From Antedon mediterranea (taxonomy: Eukaryota > Animalia > Echinodermata), in assembly GCF_964355755.1 (NCBI RefSeq), contig NC_092677.1, forward strand, positions 6,160,101 to 6,224,100: 64,000 bases of DNA. The letters run 5' to 3'. Within the stretch, counting starts at the first letter, position 1, and every line of letters begins with the position of its first letter. The notes under the pieces are model-generated. The model was given only the letters and a program-made list of their open reading frames with translations. It had not been told where the DNA came from and did no database searches. A program made the position numbers and the translations under genes. Positions 51,860 through 64,000 of the stretch are shown here, piece by piece.

Positions 51860-52302
51860 CCGCGCCGCTCCGCGCCGGTATAAAAAGCAGGTCGAGAGGG
51901 CGACAAACAACATTAACGTGTCATTTTTTTATGATGAGATGAGATGATCTGATCATCATTGGATCTCTCTGATCCTCTCTGATCACCACGCGTTCGTCGT
52001 GTGTCTCTCTTTCCATCCAACAGGCCTAGGGATACGGTACCACCACACCTTTCTCGGCATCGTAGGTTATTTCTTCTACCCATCATCCCCATCCATGCAA
52101 AATGTGAGTCGATTGGAAGGAAGGAGAAGAAAGGCTACTGTCTGTCGTTTATTGTTTTAATGTTGGTCACTGATTACTTTTAATTTGGATTTTTGTATCG
52201 TGTAGCAGCAGCACACAGTCACAGACAGTCAGTAGGCTACTACTACTACTAGCCTAGTAGTGCTAGCTGGCCTGCTGAGAGACTCGGACTGAGTTGAGGA
52301 GG
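51860..52302 (+). promoter_or_regulatory. Probable OSGIN promoter and non-coding first exon
   Basis: CpG-rich patch, then TATAAAAAG at 51879, donor gagg|gtaaga at 52303, and acceptor cag at about 54252 ahead of the ATG. Confidence 0.5.
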
Positions 52303-53909
52303 GTAAGATTTTACTTTTCGTCAACGCATAGCTAGGCCTACCACCGACTCTAGTAGTAGGCCTAGGCTTAGTAGTAGTAGTAGGCTAGCTAGGACTAGTA
52401 CTCTAGGCCTAGCTAGGCCTAGCCTAGTAGTAGTAGGCTAGGTCTGTATGTATGTATGTAAAACATCACAGAGGGATTTTGTTACCTCTCTCTAGCTAGG
52501 TAGGCCCATGATGGCCTAACTAAATAAACCTGAAGGAATTCATTCATCTGAATGAGTCCGTCACTTCAATCCATCAATAATCATAATGCCAATATGGTAG
52601 GCCTATATTGTACCTAGGCCCGCCTTTCTATTATAATAGCCTAATTATTGAGAGTGAGACGTATAATAATAAAAATAACTAAAATCATAATCATGACCGC
52701 CGGCGTTGATTAAAATCTAAATATATGGCAAAAATGTATCCGATGTCAAACGCAACTGAGGATATGATAAACCGATGTAGGCCGTAGTGGCGCCTTATTA
52801 TTATACAATTAAAATATACTGGATGTTGATTTTATTGCGACCAATTTCAACTTTCACCGAATTACTGCATTGCACTCCAATGAACCACAGTGAACCCATT
52901 GCTTTATTTACCATCGTCTTTTCTCACTAATTTCCTAGAGCGACACATTTCCACTTTTAATAATTTACTGTAGTGTACAGGGAAAAATTTCATTTAAAAA
53001 TTTTGTTTAGCAAAATTGCTAATCAAACTGATTGTTGAGTCGAGAAAGAGAAAGAGTTTTGTATTGCATTTTTTGCTACACAATTTGCGAAATGTGTAGC
53101 AATAAGGTTGTTTTGTATAGCTTTTTGCTATGCTACACTGGCGAAATTATTCCCTGGTGTATTAACTGTACAGTCCAACCCAATGAACCGAACTGCAATG
53201 AACCACACTTTGTAGTAGGCCTTTGATATTAAAATCTACAATTCTCTAGTGTGAAATAAATAATCATAATACTATAGATATACAATGTACATTTAATCAC
53301 TTTTTTATACATTATGATTTGTTATAATAATTCTCAAAAGAAAATCTCAGAATTTATAATGTACAGTATTAATTTGAAAAATGAAAAAAATAATGTTTAT
53401 TTGAATTTAAGTGTAAAAATCGTATTTTAATTGTTTGTATGCTCCAGGGAAGAACAACCATATATTTTGATCTGGGTCTCTGTGGTTAAATAAAGTTAAA
53501 TTGAATTGGTTCTCAAAAAAATTTCTTTGTTTTTTACGAAATTTTATATTATAGTTTCAGTTTTCCATTGTTTTGTATAGTATATTTTAAGTTTTTTTTT
53601 ACATTTTTGTAATTGTATGGACGCACCACCATTTATGCATTGTGTGTTACTGTTATTTGTGAAAAAAGTTGATCACCCATGATAATTTATATAGATTCAA
53701 ATCCACCCTCAAATTTTTACAATTGAGATTGCACAACACACTTGTAAAAATACATAAATTGAGTAGTATCCTCAATAACCAACTGTACTTTTAATAGAAT
53801 TTGTTCTAGAAATTCTTTTTAATATATTTATTCTAGAAAAATGTAATTGATATACTGTGTGCTTGATTTTTATAGTGTATGTTTGTTAATATTTTGATTG
53901 AATATAAAA

Positions 53910-53920
53910 TGCTGAGTCAT
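53910..53920 (-). promoter_or_regulatory. Antioxidant response element (NRF2/CNC-sMaf site)
   Basis: TGCTGAGTCAT (minus strand ATGACTCAGCA), about 350 bp upstream of the OSGIN ATG. Confidence 0.55.
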
Positions 53921-54271
53921 TTTCAGCAAACCAATCAATACACACTTCTGCTTAATCAGACTATGAATATTCATTATTACCAGCTTGCCAGCCAATGAAT
54001 TAGTTCAATCTAGTTGATTATGAATTATTTAGAATTCTTTGTTTATCAACAGCCAATAAGGTGGCAGGGATTTAATCTGTCATGAATATTCATCATTGGT
54101 TTATGACATGTTTTTTGGTATCTGGACATATGAGGCTTAAGTGGGTAGTTAGACCTACAGTACCTAGTCCAGAGTGCTGAACATCACACTTCTTTTTGTC
54201 TGATCAATCAGTCATCTATTGGACCATACATTAATACCTTTATCATCGACAGGCCTAGAAGCTGTCGAGGA

Positions 54272-57200
54272 ATGGCTAATAATGTAGCCAGTAGTGATTG
54301 TGAAATTCGTTGCTGCTGTGAGATTGACCACTGTTATACACAAGTTGTTGTTATAGGTAAGTTAATGATTGATCACGAATGTAAATATTATGTGTGTTTT
54401 TGCTTGTGTTTTTCTGCCAAGAAAACAATTATCATTATAAATATACTATGTATGAATGACTTAATAAATCGAATCTGACCTGACTTTAATGGTCTATATA
54501 ATTTTGTGGCCTGTTGCCTGTTAGTATGTTAAAATACTGTAGATAAGTTTTTAGTTGAAGGAAGATCGTGTAAAGTATAGATGTACAATATTTTTCATTA
54601 GATAGCAGATACCCAAAACATACAAAACACATCCTGAGTAATTAATATCAATCATTTGACAGTTACTACTGTGATAATGATAATGTAATGATAATCAATT
54701 CATTATAAAGTCCATGTAAAAATGAAAAAACAAATGTGATAGGGAAGATAGTATAAAAATAGCCCACTTCCATATCTTACTAAGTCTGCTAAATTCTTAA
54801 TTGTTTTGTCTCCCATCTTTAGATTTTCACCTCCGACACTCATTGCGAACGTTTTCAATTTGCTGCTAAATTTTTTAATTTTTTGTTTGTATGAAATTGT
54901 TTGATGGTTTTAATTAAAGGCCTTTTGTAAAAAAATCCTCAATCCAGCTTTTTGGCTGCTACAGATTTTTATTTGCCTTAGTGAATTATTTTTGATGTTC
55001 TTTTTTAAATGGAAATAAAGATACCGATATATATATATTGTTCCATAGTCATTAGCAGTAGTTTGTCAACCCATTGAGGCTGTAGGACTGTACAGTACCA
55101 ACTGGCAACTAAATGAAAAATGGAATCAAATTTAATTTGTCTTTTGTTGTAAAAATTCACTGAAATTACTCAGCTGTTAAATTATGAAAATTTGTATTGA
55201 ACTTTATTAAATTAAAGATGTATTGTCCCCCAAAACACGAAAAATGAAGATTAATTAAATCAGACTTTGAATATGTTATTTTGTAGTTTTAATATTTAAA
55301 GTTAATCACTTCCATAGAAAAAAAAAATTGTTTCACTTATAAATTGATAAAATAAATGGTTAAATTCAACCAAAAACCGACTTGCTGGCAGCCAATTTTT
55401 TTTGCTTTAAATTACAGATTTTTGTCAGGTAAATGCATTTTTTTTCTATCCAATTTTTGGTCAAAGTGGATAACTATTATTTTACATTAAAATGGCATAT
55501 TCAACAAAAATTTTAATTTTTTTCAGGGGGACAATACATTATGATCTTTAAATATTAATTATAAAGTAGACGATTTATTTATTAAAATTAATAAGTTTAT
55601 ATATATAAATAAATAAATAAATAAAATTCAGTTTGTAATTAGCATGCAATGTTCAAGAAAATGACACAAAAAAATGTTTAAATTAAGCAAATTTTATCTT
55701 TGTTACATTTGGTTAATAAATTCTTGTAAATGAGGTGTTTTTTTCAGGGTTTTTAACCATTGTGTGAAATGCACATCAATGTAGGTAACACATTAGAAGT
55801 TTCATGCTTCACCTCCTATTATTTATTGTTTGTTCTGTTCATTTTCATATTTGTAGGAAACGGTCCATCAGGGATATGCCTATCATATTTTCTGTCTGGC
55901 AATTGGCCATATTACAACGGAAAGCCACATCAACTTGAGTTCTTGCAAGAAAGGCTCAATGAGAACCAAACACTATCAATTTTAAAACAGGTAATTTAGC
56001 ACCTGCTGTGTGTACATCATTAACATTACAATAATATTAATTTAATATAGCACCTTTCTATGTAGAGTATTATTTGCGATGGCGCTCAGAAAAATATCGT
56101 TTTAAGGTCATTATAAATGTAACTATTAACTGGGTACTATTCTGATTGAATTACAATTGTGAACATTTTTACTTGGAATGTTGTATTAACAATAGCTAAT
56201 AATAAATCTGAAGTAAATAGGATTTATGATTTAATGAATGTGTGGTAAATTATGTAGCATTATGTATTGGGATCATACCCAATATTTATCATGTACAGTA
56301 GGCACTGAATTGAATATGCCTGTCAGTCCCAACCTTTGTGACAGGTGAGCTGTCATTAAGCCAAATTGTGTTAATAAATGACTTGAGCATTGCAATTATA
56401 GATCAGTTTGACAATCAACCATCACTTTTTTTTTTAAATGCTTTTTATTTGACAGGATTTAGAGTACCTTAGTAACGGTCTAGAGGGTAGATCATCCAAT
56501 CCTGTGTCTCTCTTATTTGACAATCTACATCATCCCAATGCTGACTTAGGACTTGAGGAGGAGTCCTGCTTACAATGGATTTATGATAAAAACAAACAAA
56601 TACCTCATATTGTTCTTGGAAGTGGAATACCAGGAGGAGCTTGGCAGGTAAGATTTTGACTAAGTCTCTCTCTAATTACAAACTATTACACAAGGTACTG
56701 CACTGTACAGTAGCACTGCGACTGGCTCTCTCTAATTAAAGAAATGGCAACTGTATCACTGCCAAGCCATATTCAAGTATAAACAGTTCTATACTACTGT
56801 ATATTGTATTAAATCTCATTTTGATACAAAAAAAATGATACACACACAATTGTGTGTCTCATACCTATAACAATAATACTAAATGTATTGCAGTAATATT
56901 ATAATAGCAATAGCAGAGTACAGATACAGATACAGATTCATTTACGGTATTGTCCAAAAGATTAATGGAAATTACAGTGCTCATAAACCTTGGCTTGCCT
57001 TCCTAAAATAAATATAAATAAAAAGGGGGACTATCTAACAAATGTTTTGTTAAAATGCCTTATCCCAGCTGGGTAGAACGTGATGTATGCATCAAATTCA
57101 CTGCCTGCCAATGTAAATTGCATTTTCGGTTTCATTTTAATTCAAGTGTGTTTACCTATCAATATTCAATAGTTACGAAATTTGATATTGTTGATTTGAT

Positions 57201-60200
57201 TTTGTTAACATTGAACTAATCCGGAATGAGCTAGCTATTCTTCAGTCCATTTGGACTAAACTCAAAGTGGTGAATACAGCAACACAATATGCACTTTTGG
57301 ACTAAACTCAAAGTGGTGAATACAGCAACACAATATGCACCATTGTATGCATGTGATTTTTAAAACAATTTCTCAACACTTTACCCAAAAAGAAGATTAC
57401 AGGAGAGGTCAAATATGTATATAAACCAGGATATAATCTTTGTTATCGAGGTCACTGTTAGATAACATGCGTCTATGCCCATTCTCTTTACTGTATTCTT
57501 TAAAATAAAATCTTATGACTACTATTATTAGTAGTAAAAAAATGATAATTTTATTAATAATTGAATGTATACTGTACACTGTACTAGATTGTACTGTAGT
57601 AACACTTTCTAGTCTTACTACTGTAGTTGGTAGGACAAAAACAGTCCCATACAAGAAAACAGAAAATATACGCAATATTTATTTCAGAATGATAATTTTT
57701 TCTCGTTGGGTTACACTTTTATTTTGAAAAGGAAGCATATAATTCAACAAAATACACAGAGAGACTCAAATTTTTAGTAGTACTTCCCTTCTTTGAGGTT
57801 GAGTGAGTTGAATTCTAAAAAATAAATGCCTATAAAAACTGAAAAAGTTCAAGTACAACCATGCTGTGGCCACGTCCTTTAGGTTTAGTGGGTTATTACT
57901 TCTTATAATTTCCTTTGGGTTTTTTTTCATATAAATATATGGGTTAAATGTACCATTTAAAATAAATGAATGATACTTCTGTTCCAACTACAAACAAGCA
58001 ACGTGATAATAAACTCACATGTACAGTATTGTATATTGTTTTTATTGGTATAGTATCCAGTACTGTATGGAAAGTTTCAGATTTTATTGTGGCATATTTA
58101 TTCAATCTTTATTTATTTTATAAAATTTAAATATGCAGATCATGAATGGTTTTAAAAACTAAACTTTCAATCAATTGATTAGAATGAGGCTTGTGCCTTT
58201 AACCATTAGCATTAAACAGATGGGTAAATCTATCAAAACTATCACCAATACCGTACAATAATAATAGTATGATATTCTGTAGTTTACTGGTAATTGTACT
58301 GTAATTCACACCAGCATTGCAGTTAAAAATCAATACGGCATGGCATACAGTCTATACTCACAAATAATTCTACTGTGTAATATTCTGATGTTTTGTTTTG
58401 ACATTCCATTATTTAATCATCATTTCAATTTTACCATTGAAGCATAAGACACTGCACACACAAGAGATTTACCATAAATGGTTGGCAATGTGAAAAGTTC
58501 AGGTTTTCACTTATTTACACTGTATACCACCACCATATATCCTCTGGTATAATCCCACCCCACTATACCCTGGTTCAGGAAAAACAACGATTGATAAGCA
58601 TTTCTTGTAAAAACTCATCTGAACTGGCTAAAGAGAGGCCTACAGTACATCCAGACCAAAAGTCAATACTGGGGATACAGTATGCCTGAAATAAGACATA
58701 AAGTAGGAGGTGGGGTTTAAACCGAAGTGGGATTAGACCTGATGTGGGATTATAGTTACTGCGGATACTGTTTATATGGTGAACAAACATTTTCAATTTG
58801 GAAACATTTATTGTGTGTATTAAACTATGTTATTAAACTATTGTTAAACTTTTCTCATGATTGTATTCACATACACTTACATAATTTTGCACGTCCTTTT
58901 TTTACATACCTTCCTCTTCCAATTCTTTCCATATGGTATGTAACATTGATTATCTACTGGGGCTGTATTGCCACCAGCAGGTGTATACATTTTGCAATCA
59001 AATTTGCATTTGTGGGAAAAACTCTGTGATTAAGCTGGATGTAGAATTTTGTTTTCATACAATATTTCAAGTACACCGAATCAACTCTTCCAAACCAAAT
59101 GGCTAAATTCTTTCTTACAATACACCTCCTTTGGGACACCTATTCAGTGGACACATTCCCATGAAACAAACAAGGAAAATATATTTGGGGGATACTTTAT
59201 TGGGTTCCGACAGGGTTCCCTTTAATTCTGCATAGTATTGAAACTGTTTGACATTCTTGGCCTAGCTTAAGGTACAGTTTTAGAGAGTTTAAATAAGTAT
59301 CTATTGTTTACTGAAAAGTGTTAAATAATGAACGTGCCTTTTTATGTAACCGCAGGCACTGAAGCTTTATTATGTACAGTACTTTGTTTACTTTGCAAAA
59401 TGCTCAAAACAGCCACCCCTTAATGTCTTGTTTGCTATGGACTAAGAGCATATATCTACAGTACAACCACACAAATACAAATTTGTCATGTTATCATAGT
59501 TGTGTTTGATCTGTCATTACTGATCAAGTGTTTGTTGTCACGAGCCTCTTCTACTCTGGACGGCTTATCTACGTGATGAGCTATTAATATCTTCTCTAAA
59601 AACTGCAAATCATAACCTACTGCACTCAACATGCAGTACATTATCACAGAGTGATATCACTATCACAGTGATCACTTTTATCATAGTGATATGACTATCA
59701 CAGTGTTGTCAATGACGTTTTAATAATATTTTGCAATACTGAACTTTGAAACATATTTTTATGTAATTTCTCTTAATTTGTTATGTTTTATGTTTGTAAT
59801 ATTCATGTAATCTTTGTAAGTGCTGTATTTGCTTTTTTTACTGATAACTACAGTTAGTAATAATGATTGCAATATTGTCTGCCAATTGTAGTGTGATGTT
59901 GCAGGTACCATATACATACATATACTGTACAGTGAACTTTTACTACCCTGGACTCTATTATTAAAGCTACATTGTTTTTGGTTTTATAAGTTTTATAATA
60001 AGAGTAAGGGTGATATTGCATATATTTTTTTTATAGAAAATGGACGATACCTTACTAACGTTGAGTCTAAGTAATTGGATGGAACTTCCGGGTATGGAAT
60101 TTAAGAAATGGCTGCAAGAAACACGGTTAGTAATAGTACTGTACTACACTAATATACTACAGTATTAAGATGTCTTGATTCCTATTAATAATGCACAAAT

Positions 60201-61529
60201 CAAAGCTTAAAAAACAGTTCATAGGCTTAAAGTTCACCTAAATTATGCTACAGTACATTCACCCAGAGGGCAATTTCTTAAATTATTTTTTAGAATTTAG
60301 TTCAATTAACTCCCATGCTTAAATTCCATTACCTATACACATGAACCATGTTTCTAATGCATTATGGGAGTATGTTTTCATACGTGTTTGACTTGAATGG
60401 GGTAATAATGTTCAGCGCTGAGAGGTTTCACAACATTAGGCGCTATAAATCCAGGATCTTATTATTATAGTATTTTGCATCTTTAATCTTGTCTATCAAC
60501 AGATTAGGACAGGGAGATAATTCAGGCCAAACTGATAATGGAAACCGTGCAAAGGTGACAGAGGTCGCCCAGTACTATAAAGATTATGTGCAACATATGG
60601 GTCTTGGTGAGAACTTTTACTCAAACGTGACAGTGACATCAGTAAAAAAGCTGACAGGAATGCGTGTAATTAACTCGGAGAATGGAGAACCTGAAATCGC
60701 ATGCCAACGCTGTCGTCGACTTGAAGGAGAAAACATGTTTGAGGTGAAAGGACTTGCGCGACATAATGACATGGGTACTGAAGAACCTTTTTGTATTTTT
60801 ACACCAAATGTTGTGATTGCTACCGGAACTAGTGATTACCCAAACAGACTCAATGTACCAGGAGAGAATTTAAATTATGTTTCTCATAATTTAAAGAAAT
60901 TGGAAGAAACTATAATGAGCGAAGAAATATGTGCAAGTTCGGATCCGGTGTTAATAGTCGGAGCCGGACTTAGTGCAGCTGACGCAATAATATTTGCACA
61001 GAATAACAATATTCCAGTTACGCATGCATTCAGGCGCAAGTCGAATAACAAAGGTCAACCATTACGAAATCTACCAAAACTTTTGTATCCGGAGTACAAT
61101 AAAATCTACACTATGATGAATAGTGGGCCAGAATCTAATACTAATTATCTGAATCTACCACAACATACTATAGTGGAATTCAGACCAGATCGAACTGTAG
61201 TATTACAAGATTCAAATGGGAATCAAACTTCTGTAAAAGTATCTCATGCATGTGTTCTTATTGGTTCAAAACCAAAGTTAGACTTTTTACCAAATTATGG
61301 CAAGTCGTATAGTTTACATAAGAATATGCTAGTTAGTTGTAAGAATAATCCGTTGGACGTTGATCCGTACACAATGGAAAGCAATGTGGAACCAAGTCTT
61401 TATGCAATTGGTCCATTAGTTGGAGACAACTTCGTTCGATTTCTTCAAGGAGGTGCGCTGGCTGTAGCATCAAATTTAATCCAGAAGAAAATTCCAACAC
61501 CACCGCCTTCTCCATTCAGAGGGCAATAA
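54272..61529 (+). CDS. OSGIN: Oxidative stress-induced growth inhibitor (OSGIN1/2 family flavoprotein), about 508 aa
   Basis: Exons 54272-54356, 55857-55990, 56456-56647, 60037-60125, 60503-61529. Motifs VVIGNGPSGICLSY, DLEYLSNGLEGRSSNPVSLLFD, GGAWQ, WMELPG, VGAGLSAAD, GPLVGDNFVRF. Confidence 0.93.
55216..55547. mobile_element. Kolobok-like MITE copy in OSGIN intron
   Basis: Near-identical to 39561-39909, with TTAA flanks. Confidence 0.85.
57251..57339. repeat. Direct duplication of about 46 bp
   Basis: ttggactaaactcaaagtggtgaatacagcaacacaatatgcac occurs twice. Confidence 0.85.
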
Positions 61530-64000
61530 GGCAATGACAATTTCTGTGAATGAAGTTATATGGAAGGTTGTATAATTACAACAACAAAAACAGTAAGCAT
61601 ACAGTCTCTGGTCACTCAGGACTTTTGCAGCTCTGCATTTTTCATAATATAGCCTATAATTTGGCCTTGGGGGTGGGCATATAGCAAATAACCAAAGTGT
61701 GTGGTTACAGTAACTCAAAACCATTGGGATGGGATCTCAAATGAAGCTTTATACCCAAATGAAATATTTTATTAAGTTGTAATTGTAAAAGATTTCTACT
61801 TAATTTTTATTGGTTTCTGTTGATAATTTAAACAAAATTTTGTTTTAAATCTAAATTTTTATTAGCATCTTTTCAAGAGCCATTAGTGCCTTATTCTGTT
61901 ATAGTATACTGTATAATAATAAAATAATAATTATTATTTGATAGCCATTGAAAAATAACTGAAACCTTGGAAACAGAACAACTCTATAAATAACAACCAG
62001 ATATTACTTTACAAAAACAGCATAAAAGACTCCGCATACAATATGCCAGGAGTGCTGTAAAGACTATTGATTCTCTTAAAAAAAAAAATTATTGTTCAAT
62101 TTTAAAGCTCTCTACAAAAGAGTAGGGAAAATCATTTTGGAAATTTAATTTCAGATCTTCATTTAAACATGTATTATGTTCACAAAATATTTGTTCGTGT
62201 TTGGTGTCACTGATATACATCTTTTTTCTTGTATGTAATATTCATGCTATGTGCAAATAAAGAAATATAAATATATTTTTATCTGGCTCTAAATTGAATG
62301 TGTAACTATTGGATAATGAAATTATATATTAAACCATGTAATGGGAACTATTTTATTTAATTGTTGTAAATGTGATATTCATATGAAAAATCTGGAATTC
62401 TTAAAATAAATGACATTGTGGCTTCTTGGGAGTATTAGTAAATGTTGAACTACTGAGGGTAAAAATCAATGATCCTAAACAACTCATTCATTCAAGTTTA
62501 GGCCTAGATAAAGTAGAGCCACTACTGAAATCTAAAATCAAGCTATATTTTAATAACTAAAGTTTTAAATTTGTGTAATATTATAATTTGTTTACATTTG
62601 TTATGTTTAAAACAGTAATATTTACTAAACTTTGTGTTAAATCTACAGTATGTATCTAAAATAGTTAAATATGAAAAAAACGAGCCTTGTGCGTACGCTA
62701 ACCTGACTTAGGGTCAAAGTTCACTAGCACCGATATCTATTCCTATTTTAAGTATTATATTACTTTGTTTATTAATACTTTGTTTTACATAGATTTGATT
62801 GTATAATTATTTCATATTTTCAATTACTTGATTTTATATATTGTCAATAGAAGGAATTTAATTTATATGTTATGTGTGTGAAATAATTGCGACTGCTTTT
62901 CAATATTTAAAGTAATCATGAGATGTTGGTTCCATACAATATAATTAAAATTGCATTTATAATAAGCGTACTCCATGCTAGTATCTTTATGAATTATTTA
63001 AAGATTATATGTATAAAACTTCTTTATCTATTATGAATATAGTAGTAGGCCAATAATTAGATCATTTATGGAACTGAATACTGAAATGCCCCGTCGATTC
63101 TAAAACGTATGTGCTCAAAAGTACTTTTTGACATAGAATAGAAATGTTAATTAACGTTCACCAAATCCAGAAACTCTATGGAGACCTAACAAATACACCA
63201 AATATTAATTCACATGCAAATTAAACATGTTCGCAAGTATGTGAATTTAAAGGCTAAGCAATGAGTTTATAATGTTGTAGTAAGATGCCTATTTTTTTAA
63301 TAGTACATCAGCCCAAAACTTTCTATTGCGAGATTGTACTTTTTTTTCCAAACTGTGGACTAGGCAAGTATTATGGTTTAGGAGGACTGAATCTTTTAAT
63401 ATAATAATTACCTCACAAATGTCAGAATGTTTTTTACTTGTTGCAGGCAAAATAACAATATTTGTATTTTCATGTTTCATAACCGTAAAAATAAATATGT
63501 GAATTAAATTTTATATTTTGTGTAATACATTAAAGTACCAACAAAATGTTATTCTTCATATTTCCAGACAGCATCTTGTGAGTCGACTCTTCCATACTAA
63601 ACTCTGAAAACCGGAAACTTTCCCAATACCAAACTCTACTTTGTATAAATTAGTTTTATTTATAGGTCCATGGTATGACAAACATAAGCAAGTATAGCAT
63701 ATTTTTGTGTACATGAATACACAAGTGTCGCTTCCTATCCAGAATGAAATATTATTATTCAATGTTTGGCATGGATGAAGTCCATGGTATCGGTAGCGTA
63801 ACAGCTGTGAGCGCTCCCTGGCTAAACCCAGAAGTTTAAGGGGCCCAGAGCATGAGGAGCTCATTGGACGGACCCTTAGAAGTGTCCACTGCATAGTATA
63901 ATTATAGAATAGGTCCACGATCTGAAAAGCAGTTGTCAACATTATTGGTATTGGTTCAAACAGAACAAACATACCCAGCCCTGCAATGAATAGTTCAGCA

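Noticed and set aside
63556-64000. 138-aa minus-strand ORF or terminal exon at the window edge
   Set aside because: No recognisable motif in any frame. It may be the 3' end of a neighbouring gene or a repeat, but cannot be supported from this window.

Overview
AT-rich, intron-containing animal genomic DNA, probably from a marine invertebrate (echinoderm-like; the taxon is an inference). I reconstructed seven spliced host genes by hand, each with GT-AG introns and consistent reading phase: the 3' end of DDX27 (+), an aquaporin (+), the eIF2-alpha kinase EIF2AK1/HRI (-) head-to-head with MED10 (+), an SLC43-family transporter (-), TMPPE (-) and OSGIN (+). Many non-autonomous transposons are interspersed (Harbinger-, MULE-, Zator-, Tc1/mariner-, P-, Kolobok- and Helitron-type), along with 5S-derived fragments and minisatellites. 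The standout is an apparently intact 5,562-bp P-superfamily transposon (46058-51619; 32-bp perfect TIRs, 7-bp TSD) with two convergent spliced genes. One is a catalytically intact P-type transposase lacking both a THAP domain and the usual C-terminal domain. The other encodes a protein resembling that missing domain, suggesting a split, two-component P transposase. A Sox-POU composite motif sits upstream of each gene. Also notable: a 27 x 99-bp in-frame amplification of a DDX27 exon/intron boundary, an aquaporin with an atypical selectivity filter, a uORF-laden predicted HRI leader, and a perfect ARE upstream of the OSGIN start codon. Family assignments rest on remembered motifs, not database searches.
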